Source of the DNA: an uncultured Gammaproteobacteria bacterium
GTDB taxonomy: Bacteria; Patescibacteriota; Microgenomatia; CAZETR01; Amesbacteraceae
Direction of reading: 5' to 3'
Length of the DNA stretch: 64,000 nt
NCBI GenBank assembly: GCA_964633995.1
Contig: CAZWKN010000002.1
Span: 113,119-177,118 of the forward strand
Positions 37,784-46,436 of the stretch are shown piece after piece; position 1 is the stretch's first letter, and each line of letters opens with the position of its first letter. A model generated the notes under the pieces. That model made no database searches and was not told the DNA's origin. It worked only from the letters and a program-made list of their open reading frames with translations. A program made the position numbers and the translations under genes.

Positions 37784-39465
37784 AAATTTAGCAACTCCCT
37801 TTTTACAATAAAGCTTCCTATAATGAGAATGTCTACGCTTCCTCTGAGGAGATGTTCTATTGCTTGGGACGGAGATCTAACAATCGGGAGTCCATGTTCG
37901 TTGAAACTCGTGTTTAAAACCAGTGGTACCTTTTTTATTTTGTAAAATTCGGATATCAATTCCCAATATAAAGGATTGAATTCTTTTTTGACAGTTTGTG
38001 GTCGAATTGAACTATCGACATGTACCGCTGATGGAATTAGTTTTTTCTTATCGTTTTTACAATCAAAAGATATTATCATGAAGGGGGCATCGGAAGAATT
38101 TACCAGATATTCTTCTTTATATTCATCAAGAATAGATGAAGCATAAGGAATAAACCAATCCCTTTTCTTTAAAATTAAATTAACCCTTTCTACACTCTTT
38201 GGGTTAGTTGGATCTGCTAAAACCGATCTGTTGCCTAACGCTCTTGGCCCGTATTCCATTTTTCCCTGAAACCAACCTACAATGTTCCCTTCGGAAATCA
38301 ATTTGGCTGCCTCGAATGCCACGTTATCCGACTTTTCGTAATTTAACTTATAACTTTCAAGAGCCTGCTCTATTTCAAGATCTGAATATTCTGTTCCTAG
38401 ATAAACATGCTCTAATTTTTTGGGTGTCCAAACGTTTCCCCTTGCCTTTGTTAACTGTTGACAAACTTCCAAAGCGGCACCAACGGCTAATCCTCCATCA
38501 CCGGCATTGGGGTGAATGTATAAATTTTGAACCTCTTGTAATTCTCTTATTTTTTTATTTAACTTAACATTAAAAAAAATTCCGCCACCTAAACAAATGT
38601 TGTGTATCCCTGTTTTTTTAATGTGGTTTTTAACTAGTGATGTTGCAATGTTTTCGAGAAGAAGTTGTCCAGACGCAGCGATGTCTCTTTTGCCGAATTT
38701 TGAGATATACGAATTAAATATTTCTGCATTTGTAAGGTGTGCATTTCTATAAAATGAATAAAGAACGTCTTTTGAAGTTTCGATTTTATTTTGCAAATTG
38801 AAGTTGTATTTAAATGTGATGCTCGATTTTTCTTTAGAATATTTAATTATTTTATAAAACTCTTTGTCGTTTATGGGGTGTCCGTACGCAGCTAAAGCCA
38901 TTGTTTTGCCTTCCCCCTCCCACGGAGAGAAACCTAAGCTTTCTGTCAAGGCGCTGTAGAATGATCCTAGAGAATTTTTCTTGTCTTCGAAAGCTAACTT
39001 TTGTACAAGTTTATAATTTTCACCTTTCCATACACTCATGCTTTCGTGATCACCGTATCCATCAAGACATAAAATCAGAGATTTTGACATTCCTGAAGTG
39101 TAAAACGTCGCAGATGCATGTGAAAGGTGATGGTTGACAAAGAAAATTGGTTTATTTACAACGAATGGTTCTATAAATCGTTCAATGAATTCTTGTCTCC
39201 AGGGGTATTCGCTTTCAGTCCCCAGTTTGAATGGTTCGTGACTTGATTTCTTGCTTGGAATTGCTATCGCGTCAATAATACTAGGACTTATTTTTGTAAT
39301 TCGGAAAACTTCTCTAACTGAATTCCAGGGAGGTGAGCTGTCATGTTTTGTTCCAGTCATTCTTTCTTCGTTTACGGCTGCTAGTATTTCGCCATCTCTG
39401 ACTAGCGAGGCACCCGAATCGTGATTTCCCGTTTCTGAATGTGTATGGATTCCAAGAATAAGCAT
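37780..39465 (-). CDS. Carbamoyltransferase, NodU/CmcH/NovN family (O-carbamoylation of a sugar)
   Basis: MLILGIHTHSETGNHDSGASLVRDGEILAAVNEERMTGTKHD, the characteristic N-terminus of the NodU/HypF-like carbamoyltransferase family; ~560 aa as expected. Confidence 0.85.
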   Translation of the reverse strand: MLILGIHTHSETGNHDSGASLVRDGEILAAVNEERMTGTKHDSSPPWNSVREVFRITKISPSIIDAIAIPSKKSSHEPFKLGTESEYPWRQEFIERFIEPFVVNKPIFFVNHHLSHASATFYTSGMSKSLILCLDGYGDHESMSVWKGENYKLVQKLAFEDKKNSLGSFYSALTESLGFSPWEGEGKTMALAAYGHPINDKEFYKIIKYSKEKSSITFKYNFNLQNKIETSKDVLYSFYRNAHLTNAEIFNSYISKFGKRDIAASGQLLLENIATSLVKNHIKKTGIHNICLGGGIFFNVKLNKKIRELQEVQNLYIHPNAGDGGLAVGAALEVCQQLTKARGNVWTPKKLEHVYLGTEYSDLEIEQALESYKLNYEKSDNVAFEAAKLISEGNIVGWFQGKMEYGPRALGNRSVLADPTNPKSVERVNLILKKRDWFIPYASSILDEYKEEYLVNSSDAPFMIISFDCKNDKKKLIPSAVHVDSSIRPQTVKKEFNPLYWELISEFYKIKKVPLVLNTSFNEHGLPIVRSPSQAIEHLLRGSVDILIIGSFIVKRELLNL

Positions 39466-39535
39466 ATACTTCTATAAATTAATGATTCTAGGATACGAAA
39501 ATCGAGGACTACCCCTTGATGGTCGGATTAGATTC

Positions 39536-39567
39536 CAGCTAACAATTATTACACTAATTTTGTCCAT
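39536..39567 (-). pseudogene. About 30-nt remnant of a GT2 gene 5' end (could encode MDKISVIIVSWN) lying across the stop codon of GT2 39549..40328 and the spacer upstream of the carbamoyltransferase
   Basis: The minus-strand sequence AAAATTAGTGTAATAATTGTTAGCTGGAAT matches, with about 3 mismatches, the N-terminal coding sequence (KISVIIVSWN) of GT2 36926..37783 at 37741..37770. Confidence 0.45.
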
Positions 39568-40328
39568 ATGGCCCAAAGAGTGGGTAAAAGATAACCGGGG
39601 TGATGAAAGATCCTGGATCCTAGATGATAGATGTGAGAAAAATAATATTTAGATTCCAAGTTGTTCCAATGGGCAAGTAAATAATTTCTGTCTTTGGTTA
39701 ATTGAAGAGATTTTCTAGAAAACGTTTTGTTGAACGTCGATTCAGGAGTCGCGTGGGTAACTTTTGCCTTTGGGTCCCAGATTATCTCGTATCCTTTATT
39801 TCTGGCACGCCAACTGATATCTAGATCTTCATAATACCCGGGAGAAAAACGAGAATCGAAGCCACCAAGCTGATCCCATTGTGATTTACGAAAAGCGGCA
39901 CTGCCACCGGACGCCCAAAATGAAGAATGTAGCTTATCGTCTATCGGGCCATTATAAAATTCCAGAAAACCATTTTTAATCTCGGCCTTTGCCCAAGAAC
40001 GGCCCTGTTCGTTGAAAGTGACGGCAAAAACTTTAGGATCGGAAAAATGAGGTAAAACAAATTTGAGTAGGTTTCTATCTGGGTTAACATCTTGATTTAG
40101 CAGAATAATAATTTCACCAGAAGCTGCCGCAAAACCATCGTTAACTGATATGGGAAAACCCTTGTTGGATTTATGACGAATTATTTTAATGTTTGACGCG
40201 GTTACAGGATCACGTGATGCATCATCTACGACAATTATTTCATCGGCTCCCAAATTCCGAACTGAAGCTAAATTGGAGTCTAAAAACTGTTGCCCGTTGT
40301 AGGCTGGTATAACAACTGAGGTGGTCAC
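39549..40328 (-). CDS. GT2 family glycosyltransferase
   Basis: TSVVIPAYNGQQFL...IIVVDDASRD...IILLNQDVNP. Confidence 0.8.
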   Translation of the reverse strand: MTTSVVIPAYNGQQFLDSNLASVRNLGADEIIVVDDASRDPVTASNIKIIRHKSNKGFPISVNDGFAAASGEIIILLNQDVNPDRNLLKFVLPHFSDPKVFAVTFNEQGRSWAKAEIKNGFLEFYNGPIDDKLHSSFWASGGSAAFRKSQWDQLGGFDSRFSPGYYEDLDISWRARNKGYEIIWDPKAKVTHATPESTFNKTFSRKSLQLTKDRNYLLAHWNNLESKYYFSHIYHLGSRIFHHPGYLLPTLWAIWTKLV

Positions 40329-41497
40329 AGAAGCATTCCAATAAATAATGACAGGCCAGAAGCTGCCAACAAACTTCTGGCAAGCGAGGCAAGCTGATCG
40401 GGTGGATAGTGTGGAGCAATAAACCCGGAAAGAGAAAAGGTGCTGCCGAATAGTCCAAAGTTTAGGGATGGTTCAAACAGGAGTATTAACAACAAACATG
40501 CTAGTAAAAAAATCGCAATCGGAAGCCTGGATTGATGTTTGTATACCCACGCTAAAACTAATGTGGGCGAGGACCAAGTAAGCCATTGAGGGTGAAAATG
40601 AGTTACAGAATAAAAAAGCATGGGAACGGCAAGAAACCACCCCCAGATATCAATAACTTTGGGTTTAACAAAATTTAGAAAATATATCAAAAATAAGCCC
40701 ATGAAAAATAAAGAAAGGTATTGAGATCCAGACACCGGGATTTTGGCAAAAAGCAATTTATCAGACTGACTAGCCAGTAGGGCGTAGTGTTTAAAGGCGG
40801 GAGATGCTAAGTATGGCAACAAGGTTAGCAAATAAACTGATAAGCCGGTGAGAATATTTTTGATTTTTGACCCAGGTAGCAACGGGAGTAATAAAAGGGT
40901 AAAAGGTTTGAAACCTGCACTTAAAGCCACGCTGGCCGCAGCCAATAGCTGATTTTTTTTTGAAAAATAAAGAGCGATTAGGATAAACAAAGCCACGAAG
41001 ATGTCAAACTGGCCAACCATATAAGATGTATACACGTTGATAGGGTTAAACAGCCACACTAGGGAGCCCAACAGCCGTTTTTCGGGGTTGAGAATTTTTC
41101 TTAATACGAAAAGACAAAGCCCATCGGCTATTAAATAGGGCAGTTTGAGCAGGAATAATAATAGTGGTAAATTCGGATTGCCAACAACTTTACCTATATC
41201 GTCTAGCAGGATCATGAAGAGCGGTTTGGGGTATAGTGGATAAAGTAGCTTATTAAATAATCCGTGGGTTAGATAAGCGACGGGTGGGTAAATAAACAAA
41301 TCGTCTCCATAAAGTTTTACCCAGGTATGATTGCGGGGCAATTTACTAATATGATCGTAGAAAGTAAAAATCTCGCCTTTTTGAGCTATTAGAAAACCGG
41401 CCAAATTGACTGCTCTAAAGTCCGGGTGGATGGTTGTAACCATCAGAACAAGGCGTAGTACTAAACCGGCAATTAACCATGGAACCAGTTTTTTCAT
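40325..41497 (-). CDS. Polytopic membrane protein, GT-C-like (DUF2029/GT87-like)
   Basis: WLFNPINVYTSYMVGQFDIFVALFILIAL...GFKPFTLLLLPLL. Confidence 0.55.
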   Translation of the reverse strand: MKKLVPWLIAGLVLRLVLMVTTIHPDFRAVNLAGFLIAQKGEIFTFYDHISKLPRNHTWVKLYGDDLFIYPPVAYLTHGLFNKLLYPLYPKPLFMILLDDIGKVVGNPNLPLLLFLLKLPYLIADGLCLFVLRKILNPEKRLLGSLVWLFNPINVYTSYMVGQFDIFVALFILIALYFSKKNQLLAAASVALSAGFKPFTLLLLPLLPGSKIKNILTGLSVYLLTLLPYLASPAFKHYALLASQSDKLLFAKIPVSGSQYLSLFFMGLFLIYFLNFVKPKVIDIWGWFLAVPMLFYSVTHFHPQWLTWSSPTLVLAWVYKHQSRLPIAIFLLACLLLILLFEPSLNFGLFGSTFSLSGFIAPHYPPDQLASLARSLLAASGLSLFIGMLL

Positions 41498-42525
41498 AAC
41501 AATCTCTCTAGGGTGGCATTAAATACGTTTGTATCAAATAGTTTACTCTTTTTGATTGCCGACTGAGATAGGGCATCAACTTTAGAGGCATGTCGTGAAA
41601 GCTCTAGTGTGAGCCTCTCAAGTTGTTTTGGATCATCCCAGAGATAGCCATTAAGGTCGTTATCCACTATTTCCCTGTGCCCACCGAGATTGGTAATTAA
41701 TGGAACAGCACCAGCAGCCATGGCCTCAACAACGGTGATCCCAAAATGTTCCTGTTTGAGAAGATTTTCCTGGTCCGCCATAAACCCACTTGCTGACCAG
41801 TAAAACTTTCCTCGTCCACACAGGTTTGTTATCTCTGTAAAAGATGGGTTGAAGAGAAATTCTATTGGTAATCCCTTAGCCTGGTCAGTTAGGGTGTGTA
41901 TGGCTTTCTCGGTTGTCCCGACCCCGACTCCACCTGCCAAAACTAATTTCCACCCAGGAAGTTTTTTTGAGATACGGGCGAATGAGCTGATTAGTGTGGC
42001 GTGACCTTTTTGTTGAGTTAAGTTTGAAAATCTACCAATATAAAAAATTAAGTTGTCTTTATGTTTTGGAACAAACGCCTGTGTGTCTACGGGAGGATAA
42101 AGAATATGACTATGTATTTTGAACTCTTTATCAATAGCAAGTTTTGTAAAATCGGAATTGACAACAAAGACATAGAGTTTTGCCTTTAGTTGGTTGATAA
42201 AGCTTTTACCACCAATGTCCTTGAAAGGAAATTGAAAATGAATGATAGTTTTTTTGGAAAAAGAGGTCGGTAGACTTCCATCAGAGACCCAAAATACCAA
42301 ATCGAAACCCAAAGTACTTTGGATTTTGCCAAACCTAGCTTGAGAAATATCAATACCAAATCTGGTTTGAATTTCCGGGGAAACATTTTCCGGCCAGTTG
42401 ACACTTACCTGATGACCCTGGTCCAGAAAATATCTAATAGCCGCCGATACATAGCGTTCACCTCCACCAAACGTATTCCAGTAAGGATTAAATACTGCTA
42501 TTTTTTTCATATCTGAGCCTCCCAA
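41494..42525 (-). CDS. GT4 family glycosyltransferase
   Basis: YIGRFSNLTQQKG...LVLAGGVG...GITVVEAMAAGAVPLITNLGGHREIV. Confidence 0.8.
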   Translation of the reverse strand: MGGSDMKKIAVFNPYWNTFGGGERYVSAAIRYFLDQGHQVSVNWPENVSPEIQTRFGIDISQARFGKIQSTLGFDLVFWVSDGSLPTSFSKKTIIHFQFPFKDIGGKSFINQLKAKLYVFVVNSDFTKLAIDKEFKIHSHILYPPVDTQAFVPKHKDNLIFYIGRFSNLTQQKGHATLISSFARISKKLPGWKLVLAGGVGVGTTEKAIHTLTDQAKGLPIEFLFNPSFTEITNLCGRGKFYWSASGFMADQENLLKQEHFGITVVEAMAAGAVPLITNLGGHREIVDNDLNGYLWDDPKQLERLTLELSRHASKVDALSQSAIKKSKLFDTNVFNATLERLL

Positions 42526-43244
42526 ACTCTGGCATATATTATAAATGTATTAAAGACTTGAAATAGGCCGTCAATTACACCTTCTACACCATCTCTAGCT
42601 GCCTGAAATTTAATAAAACGTATCCAAAATTCTGTGGCCATCACCCTAATAAACCTCCACCAAACAATTGGCGGGTGTTTGGATTTAAGCCGAAGTTGTG
42701 ACTCATAACCAGTATAGAGAAGTGTTTTGTCTACCATCGTTGATAAATCTCGGTGGGAAAAGTGGACCATCTGATGCGAAAGAGTTGACAGTTCACAGTT
42801 GAATTCTGGCTGTTCATGCAGGTCTCCACGGTAACCTATTAGACAGGTCCGCTGGAATAAGCGGATTACTTTATCATTACCCCAACCACCAAAATGCATA
42901 AACCTACCTAGATAATTATTCAGGCGGGGAATTTCATACACCCCTTTGTGTTTTGTTTTTACAATTTCTATAATTTCATTTTTTAGCTTAGGGGTAATAC
43001 GTTCATCGGCGTCGACAAAGAGAATCCAATCACCCTGCGCTGCTTTTAGGCCATCATTTCTGAACTTAGAATAAGTTGTACCATGAGATGTAACTATTCT
43101 GGCTCCGAATTTTTTGGCAATGACGTTAGTAAGATCAGTATTTCCCGTATCTACTACGACCACCTCATCGGCAAATTCGACTGATTCCAGACAACCCCCA
43201 AGCATTGTTTGTTCGTTTTTGGTTATGATGACGACACTAAGCAT
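42507..43244 (-). CDS. GT2 glycosyltransferase, WaaE/KdtX-like subfamily
   Basis: Probable start M15: MLSVVIITKNEQTMLGGCLESVEFADEVVVVDTGNTDLTNVIAKKFGARIV...FVDADERI. Confidence 0.8.
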   Translation of the reverse strand: MLSVVIITKNEQTMLGGCLESVEFADEVVVVDTGNTDLTNVIAKKFGARIVTSHGTTYSKFRNDGLKAAQGDWILFVDADERITPKLKNEIIEIVKTKHKGVYEIPRLNNYLGRFMHFGGWGNDKVIRLFQRTCLIGYRGDLHEQPEFNCELSTLSHQMVHFSHRDLSTMVDKTLLYTGYESQLRLKSKHPPIVWWRFIRVMATEFWIRFIKFQAARDGVEGVIDGLFQVFNTFIIYARVWEAQI

Positions 43245-44136
43245 ACGAGCCCTTACCCAGATTGTTAAAATAGTAGTCCAAAACACCTTTTTTCTGCCAT
43301 TTTCTTCCGTTTATGAGCTGCCAAATCGACTGACGGATTAAGGCAATTTTTGTACGAAATGGCGCATGACTGATTCCAAACATCAGCCGATTTCTGGTTA
43401 TGTAGTAATCCTGGAGATCTGACCCAATGCCGGTTGCTTGAGCGTTGGCGTGCCAGGCAACACTCTTATATGAGTACATCAGATCGAAACCAAATTTTCT
43501 GGCTCTCTGGCACAAATCGTTTTCTTCGAAATACAAAAAATATTTCGAATTCAATAAGCCTACTTTGTCAAATACTTCACTTCTTATAAACATGGAAGCC
43601 CCGGTTATAAAATCAGACTTGGCATCTTTGTCGAATTGTCCATGGTCTACTTGGTCTACTCCTATATGTTCAGACGCGACGTTTTTCCAATCAATACGAC
43701 CTCCTGCAAACCAAATTACCCTGCCCAAATCTGATTTTTGATATTTATCCTTGTGAAATTCATAGCCGGATTTGAAATATATTTTCGACCCAAAAATACC
43801 AGCGTGTGGATATGTTTTTGCAGCAACAACTAGGGAAATAAGGGCGTTTGGATCTAATTCAATGTCTGGATTTACTATCCAAAAAAAATCAGGGCGATTT
43901 TTCTGACCTTCACGGATACCAATATTATTGCCCTCTGCGTATCCATAATTTTTGGAGTTACGAATGATTTTAACTGGGAATTTGGAAATTAGGCTCAAAG
44001 AGTTATCGGAGGAATTATTGTCTACGACAATGATTTCTAGTTGGTGAGATGATTTTTTTAGTTTGACGAGAGACTCTAAACATCTGGAAATATAGCCTTC
44101 ACCATTCCAATTAAGCACGATTACTGCAATTTTCAT
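43237..44136 (-). CDS. GT2 family glycosyltransferase
   Basis: MKIAVIVLNWNGEGYISRCLESL...IIVVDNNSSDNS. Confidence 0.8.
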   Translation of the reverse strand: MKIAVIVLNWNGEGYISRCLESLVKLKKSSHQLEIIVVDNNSSDNSLSLISKFPVKIIRNSKNYGYAEGNNIGIREGQKNRPDFFWIVNPDIELDPNALISLVVAAKTYPHAGIFGSKIYFKSGYEFHKDKYQKSDLGRVIWFAGGRIDWKNVASEHIGVDQVDHGQFDKDAKSDFITGASMFIRSEVFDKVGLLNSKYFLYFEENDLCQRARKFGFDLMYSYKSVAWHANAQATGIGSDLQDYYITRNRLMFGISHAPFRTKIALIRQSIWQLINGRKWQKKGVLDYYFNNLGKGSYA

Positions 44137-45035
44137 AATCCCAATTTACGAACTGTTTTAAGCAGAAGTTTGCCTAAAAACCCACTCTCGGATATTTTTG
44201 ATTGAATAAGCCACCAGTTAAAATCGCGGGCGGATTGGGCAAGAACTGTTTTGACCTCGGCAGGGTCAAGTGGTTTTGTGACAAACGCACTTGATTGCCA
44301 AAGTTTTAAGTATAAAACTAGTTCCGAAAACGCCTGAAGCAGAGATAGGGCTAGGCCGTGGAGTCCTTCTTTGTAGGCGTGTCTGGAAAAATATTGAGAT
44401 AGGAATTCTTCTGACGGTTTTGTTAATAGATCTGTCCACGAAAAATTATAACCGGCAGCCAGTTTTAATTTTAATTGGTGATCGGTATAGCGGTTTAACC
44501 TTTCAACGTATTGGCTAATTGATGTGTAATGATGGTGGACCAAACCAAATTTTTCCTGGGCAGGCAAGTCGGCACCCTTGCCCTTGGTGAGTGGGATACT
44601 GTGAATGGCGTCGCCCCAGGTTACTGAGCCTTTTTTAAATAATCGATATACGTAATCAGGCCACCAATGTGAACTTTTTATCCACTTGCCAAAGATGAGG
44701 CTTTTCCTGGGTATACGAAAATAATCCGGACCATTGGACATAGCTATTTGTGACTTGATCTCCTCTGCTAATGAGGGGGGTACTTCTTCGTCGGCATCGA
44801 GAAGCAAGATCCAGTCTCCCTTGGCTTTGGAAATGGAAAAATTACGGACGGGTTCGACTATTCCCGTGTTTTTGTGATGAAATACCTTACAACCAAGCTG
44901 TTTGGCTATTTTGACTGTCTCATCAGTGCTTTCGGTGTCGACGACTATAACCTCGTCCGCTATTCCTTTTATCGACGAAACGGCCCTTTCCAGATTCAAT
45001 TCTTCATTCCAGGCAGTAATTACTACGGAAAGCAT
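44133..45035 (-). CDS. GT2 glycosyltransferase, WaaE/KdtX-like subfamily; first gene of the long minus-strand unit
   Basis: MLSVVITAWNEELNLERAVSSIKGIADEVIVVDTESTDETVKIAKQLGCKV...LLDADEEV. Confidence 0.8.
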   Translation of the reverse strand: MLSVVITAWNEELNLERAVSSIKGIADEVIVVDTESTDETVKIAKQLGCKVFHHKNTGIVEPVRNFSISKAKGDWILLLDADEEVPPSLAEEIKSQIAMSNGPDYFRIPRKSLIFGKWIKSSHWWPDYVYRLFKKGSVTWGDAIHSIPLTKGKGADLPAQEKFGLVHHHYTSISQYVERLNRYTDHQLKLKLAAGYNFSWTDLLTKPSEEFLSQYFSRHAYKEGLHGLALSLLQAFSELVLYLKLWQSSAFVTKPLDPAEVKTVLAQSARDFNWWLIQSKISESGFLGKLLLKTVRKLGL

Positions 45036-45077
45036 GAATTCATTTTACTATATCGAGGTTTATGATACGATTGGGTC
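45036..45077. promoter_or_regulatory. 42-bp divergent intergenic spacer that must hold the promoters of both the 45-kb minus-strand unit and the plus-strand 45078..52309 operon
   Basis: It is the only spacer between oppositely oriented gene blocks. AT-rich, with TATATC/TATGAT -10-like hexamers; no operator repeat is evident. Confidence 0.3.
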
Positions 45078-46436
45078 GTGAAAACAGTGTGGCCGGTTTT
45101 AGTAATTTTAGCTATTTTTCTTACTTACATACACCTAAACCAGAGTTTTGCCCCCTACCCCAGTGAATTTGGACCACTCTGGATGGGCAAGACGAGAATT
45201 CCGGGATTGGTAATTAGTTGTTTGGCACTAAGTGTATTTGGATTATGGCTTTCTCGAACCGAAAAAAAAGTCGCCGTGGTATCTACGATGTTTTTGGGTA
45301 CTAGTTTATGGTGGATGTTATCGTCTCTTTTTTATCCCCTAACCGGCCTGACTTTTTTGGCTATTTGTCTGGTGCTGCTATTTGAAAACAAAGGCCTAAG
45401 ATGGCTGCTTTTGGTGATATTGGCATTAAGTGGTTTGATGGGAACAATGTGGGGATTGGTATATTCAACTCATAAAAAAGATTGGTTATTACTGGTTATT
45501 GTGGTGTTGATTGGAAGCCGGGCCGTGCTTACAGATAATGCATGGGTTGCTGCGCAAACAACTATCCCCAAAATAGCTGAAGAGGTCAGGGTTAGGATGC
45601 AGGAAGAGTTTAAGGTGAATGGATATAACATGATATGGCCGTTTAGAGTAAAACTTCTGGGATATAATACGTACTATTTTGCTGTCCGAGAAGGATACAA
45701 GGAACTTGTTAAAGTAATGGATTTTGATTTTTTGACTAGTCCTGGTCAGCAAAGCGCTACAATTAGCAGAGGGCTATGGACCGCCAAAGGGCTACCTGTT
45801 GTTTACTTTTGGTTGGTTTTATTGGCGATATGGGGACTATTTAATCGCGAAACTGTTTCTGATCAACTTAAAAAAACTAGTTGGATCCTGCTTGTGTGGG
45901 GACTGTTGGCTGGGATGGTTAGCCCTGGTCCCAAATTGGTTCAGTCGGCGATCGGAGTGGCTGCGTTTGTAGCAATCTGGGCTGGAGTGGGATTTATTAA
46001 TCTTAGAAATATGGGGAAAATTGTAGTGGTTGTGATTGGTTCATTGGGAATAACTTTTGGAACATGGCATCTGTTGACACATGAACTGTATTGGAGAGAC
46101 AACCGTCCATGGGTGTTTGAACAAATGGCAAAATCTGCAGTTAAACATGGGGCAGGAAGACCTGTCGTGGCTTCTAGCCTATTGGGGGATCCGAGCTCTT
46201 ATTTCACATCGCAAGCCACATTTAGACATTTTGATCTGACGACCGAAAAACTGGATAAAGAAATTGTCTATATAGGTTTACCTGGAGAGTTCTTAGGTGA
46301 CCGGAGTAAAAAGGGAGATAATCATTTTGAAAGCTCGTGGCTACCATCAGAGATGAAACTGCTAGAAACGATTCCAATTCACGACACGGTTAGTTTTGGT
46401 AATGGAGACTCTATATGGGTAGTCGAAACAAAGTAA
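45078..46436 (+). CDS. Polytopic membrane protein with C-terminal soluble domain; unknown (GTG start)
   Basis: About 10 TM helices, then a ~110-aa hydrophilic tail. First gene of the plus-strand membrane-protein operon. Confidence 0.5.
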   Translation: MKTVWPVLVILAIFLTYIHLNQSFAPYPSEFGPLWMGKTRIPGLVISCLALSVFGLWLSRTEKKVAVVSTMFLGTSLWWMLSSLFYPLTGLTFLAICLVLLFENKGLRWLLLVILALSGLMGTMWGLVYSTHKKDWLLLVIVVLIGSRAVLTDNAWVAAQTTIPKIAEEVRVRMQEEFKVNGYNMIWPFRVKLLGYNTYYFAVREGYKELVKVMDFDFLTSPGQQSATISRGLWTAKGLPVVYFWLVLLAIWGLFNRETVSDQLKKTSWILLVWGLLAGMVSPGPKLVQSAIGVAAFVAIWAGVGFINLRNMGKIVVVVIGSLGITFGTWHLLTHELYWRDNRPWVFEQMAKSAVKHGAGRPVVASSLLGDPSSYFTSQATFRHFDLTTEKLDKEIVYIGLPGEFLGDRSKKGDNHFESSWLPSEMKLLETIPIHDTVSFGNGDSIWVVETK

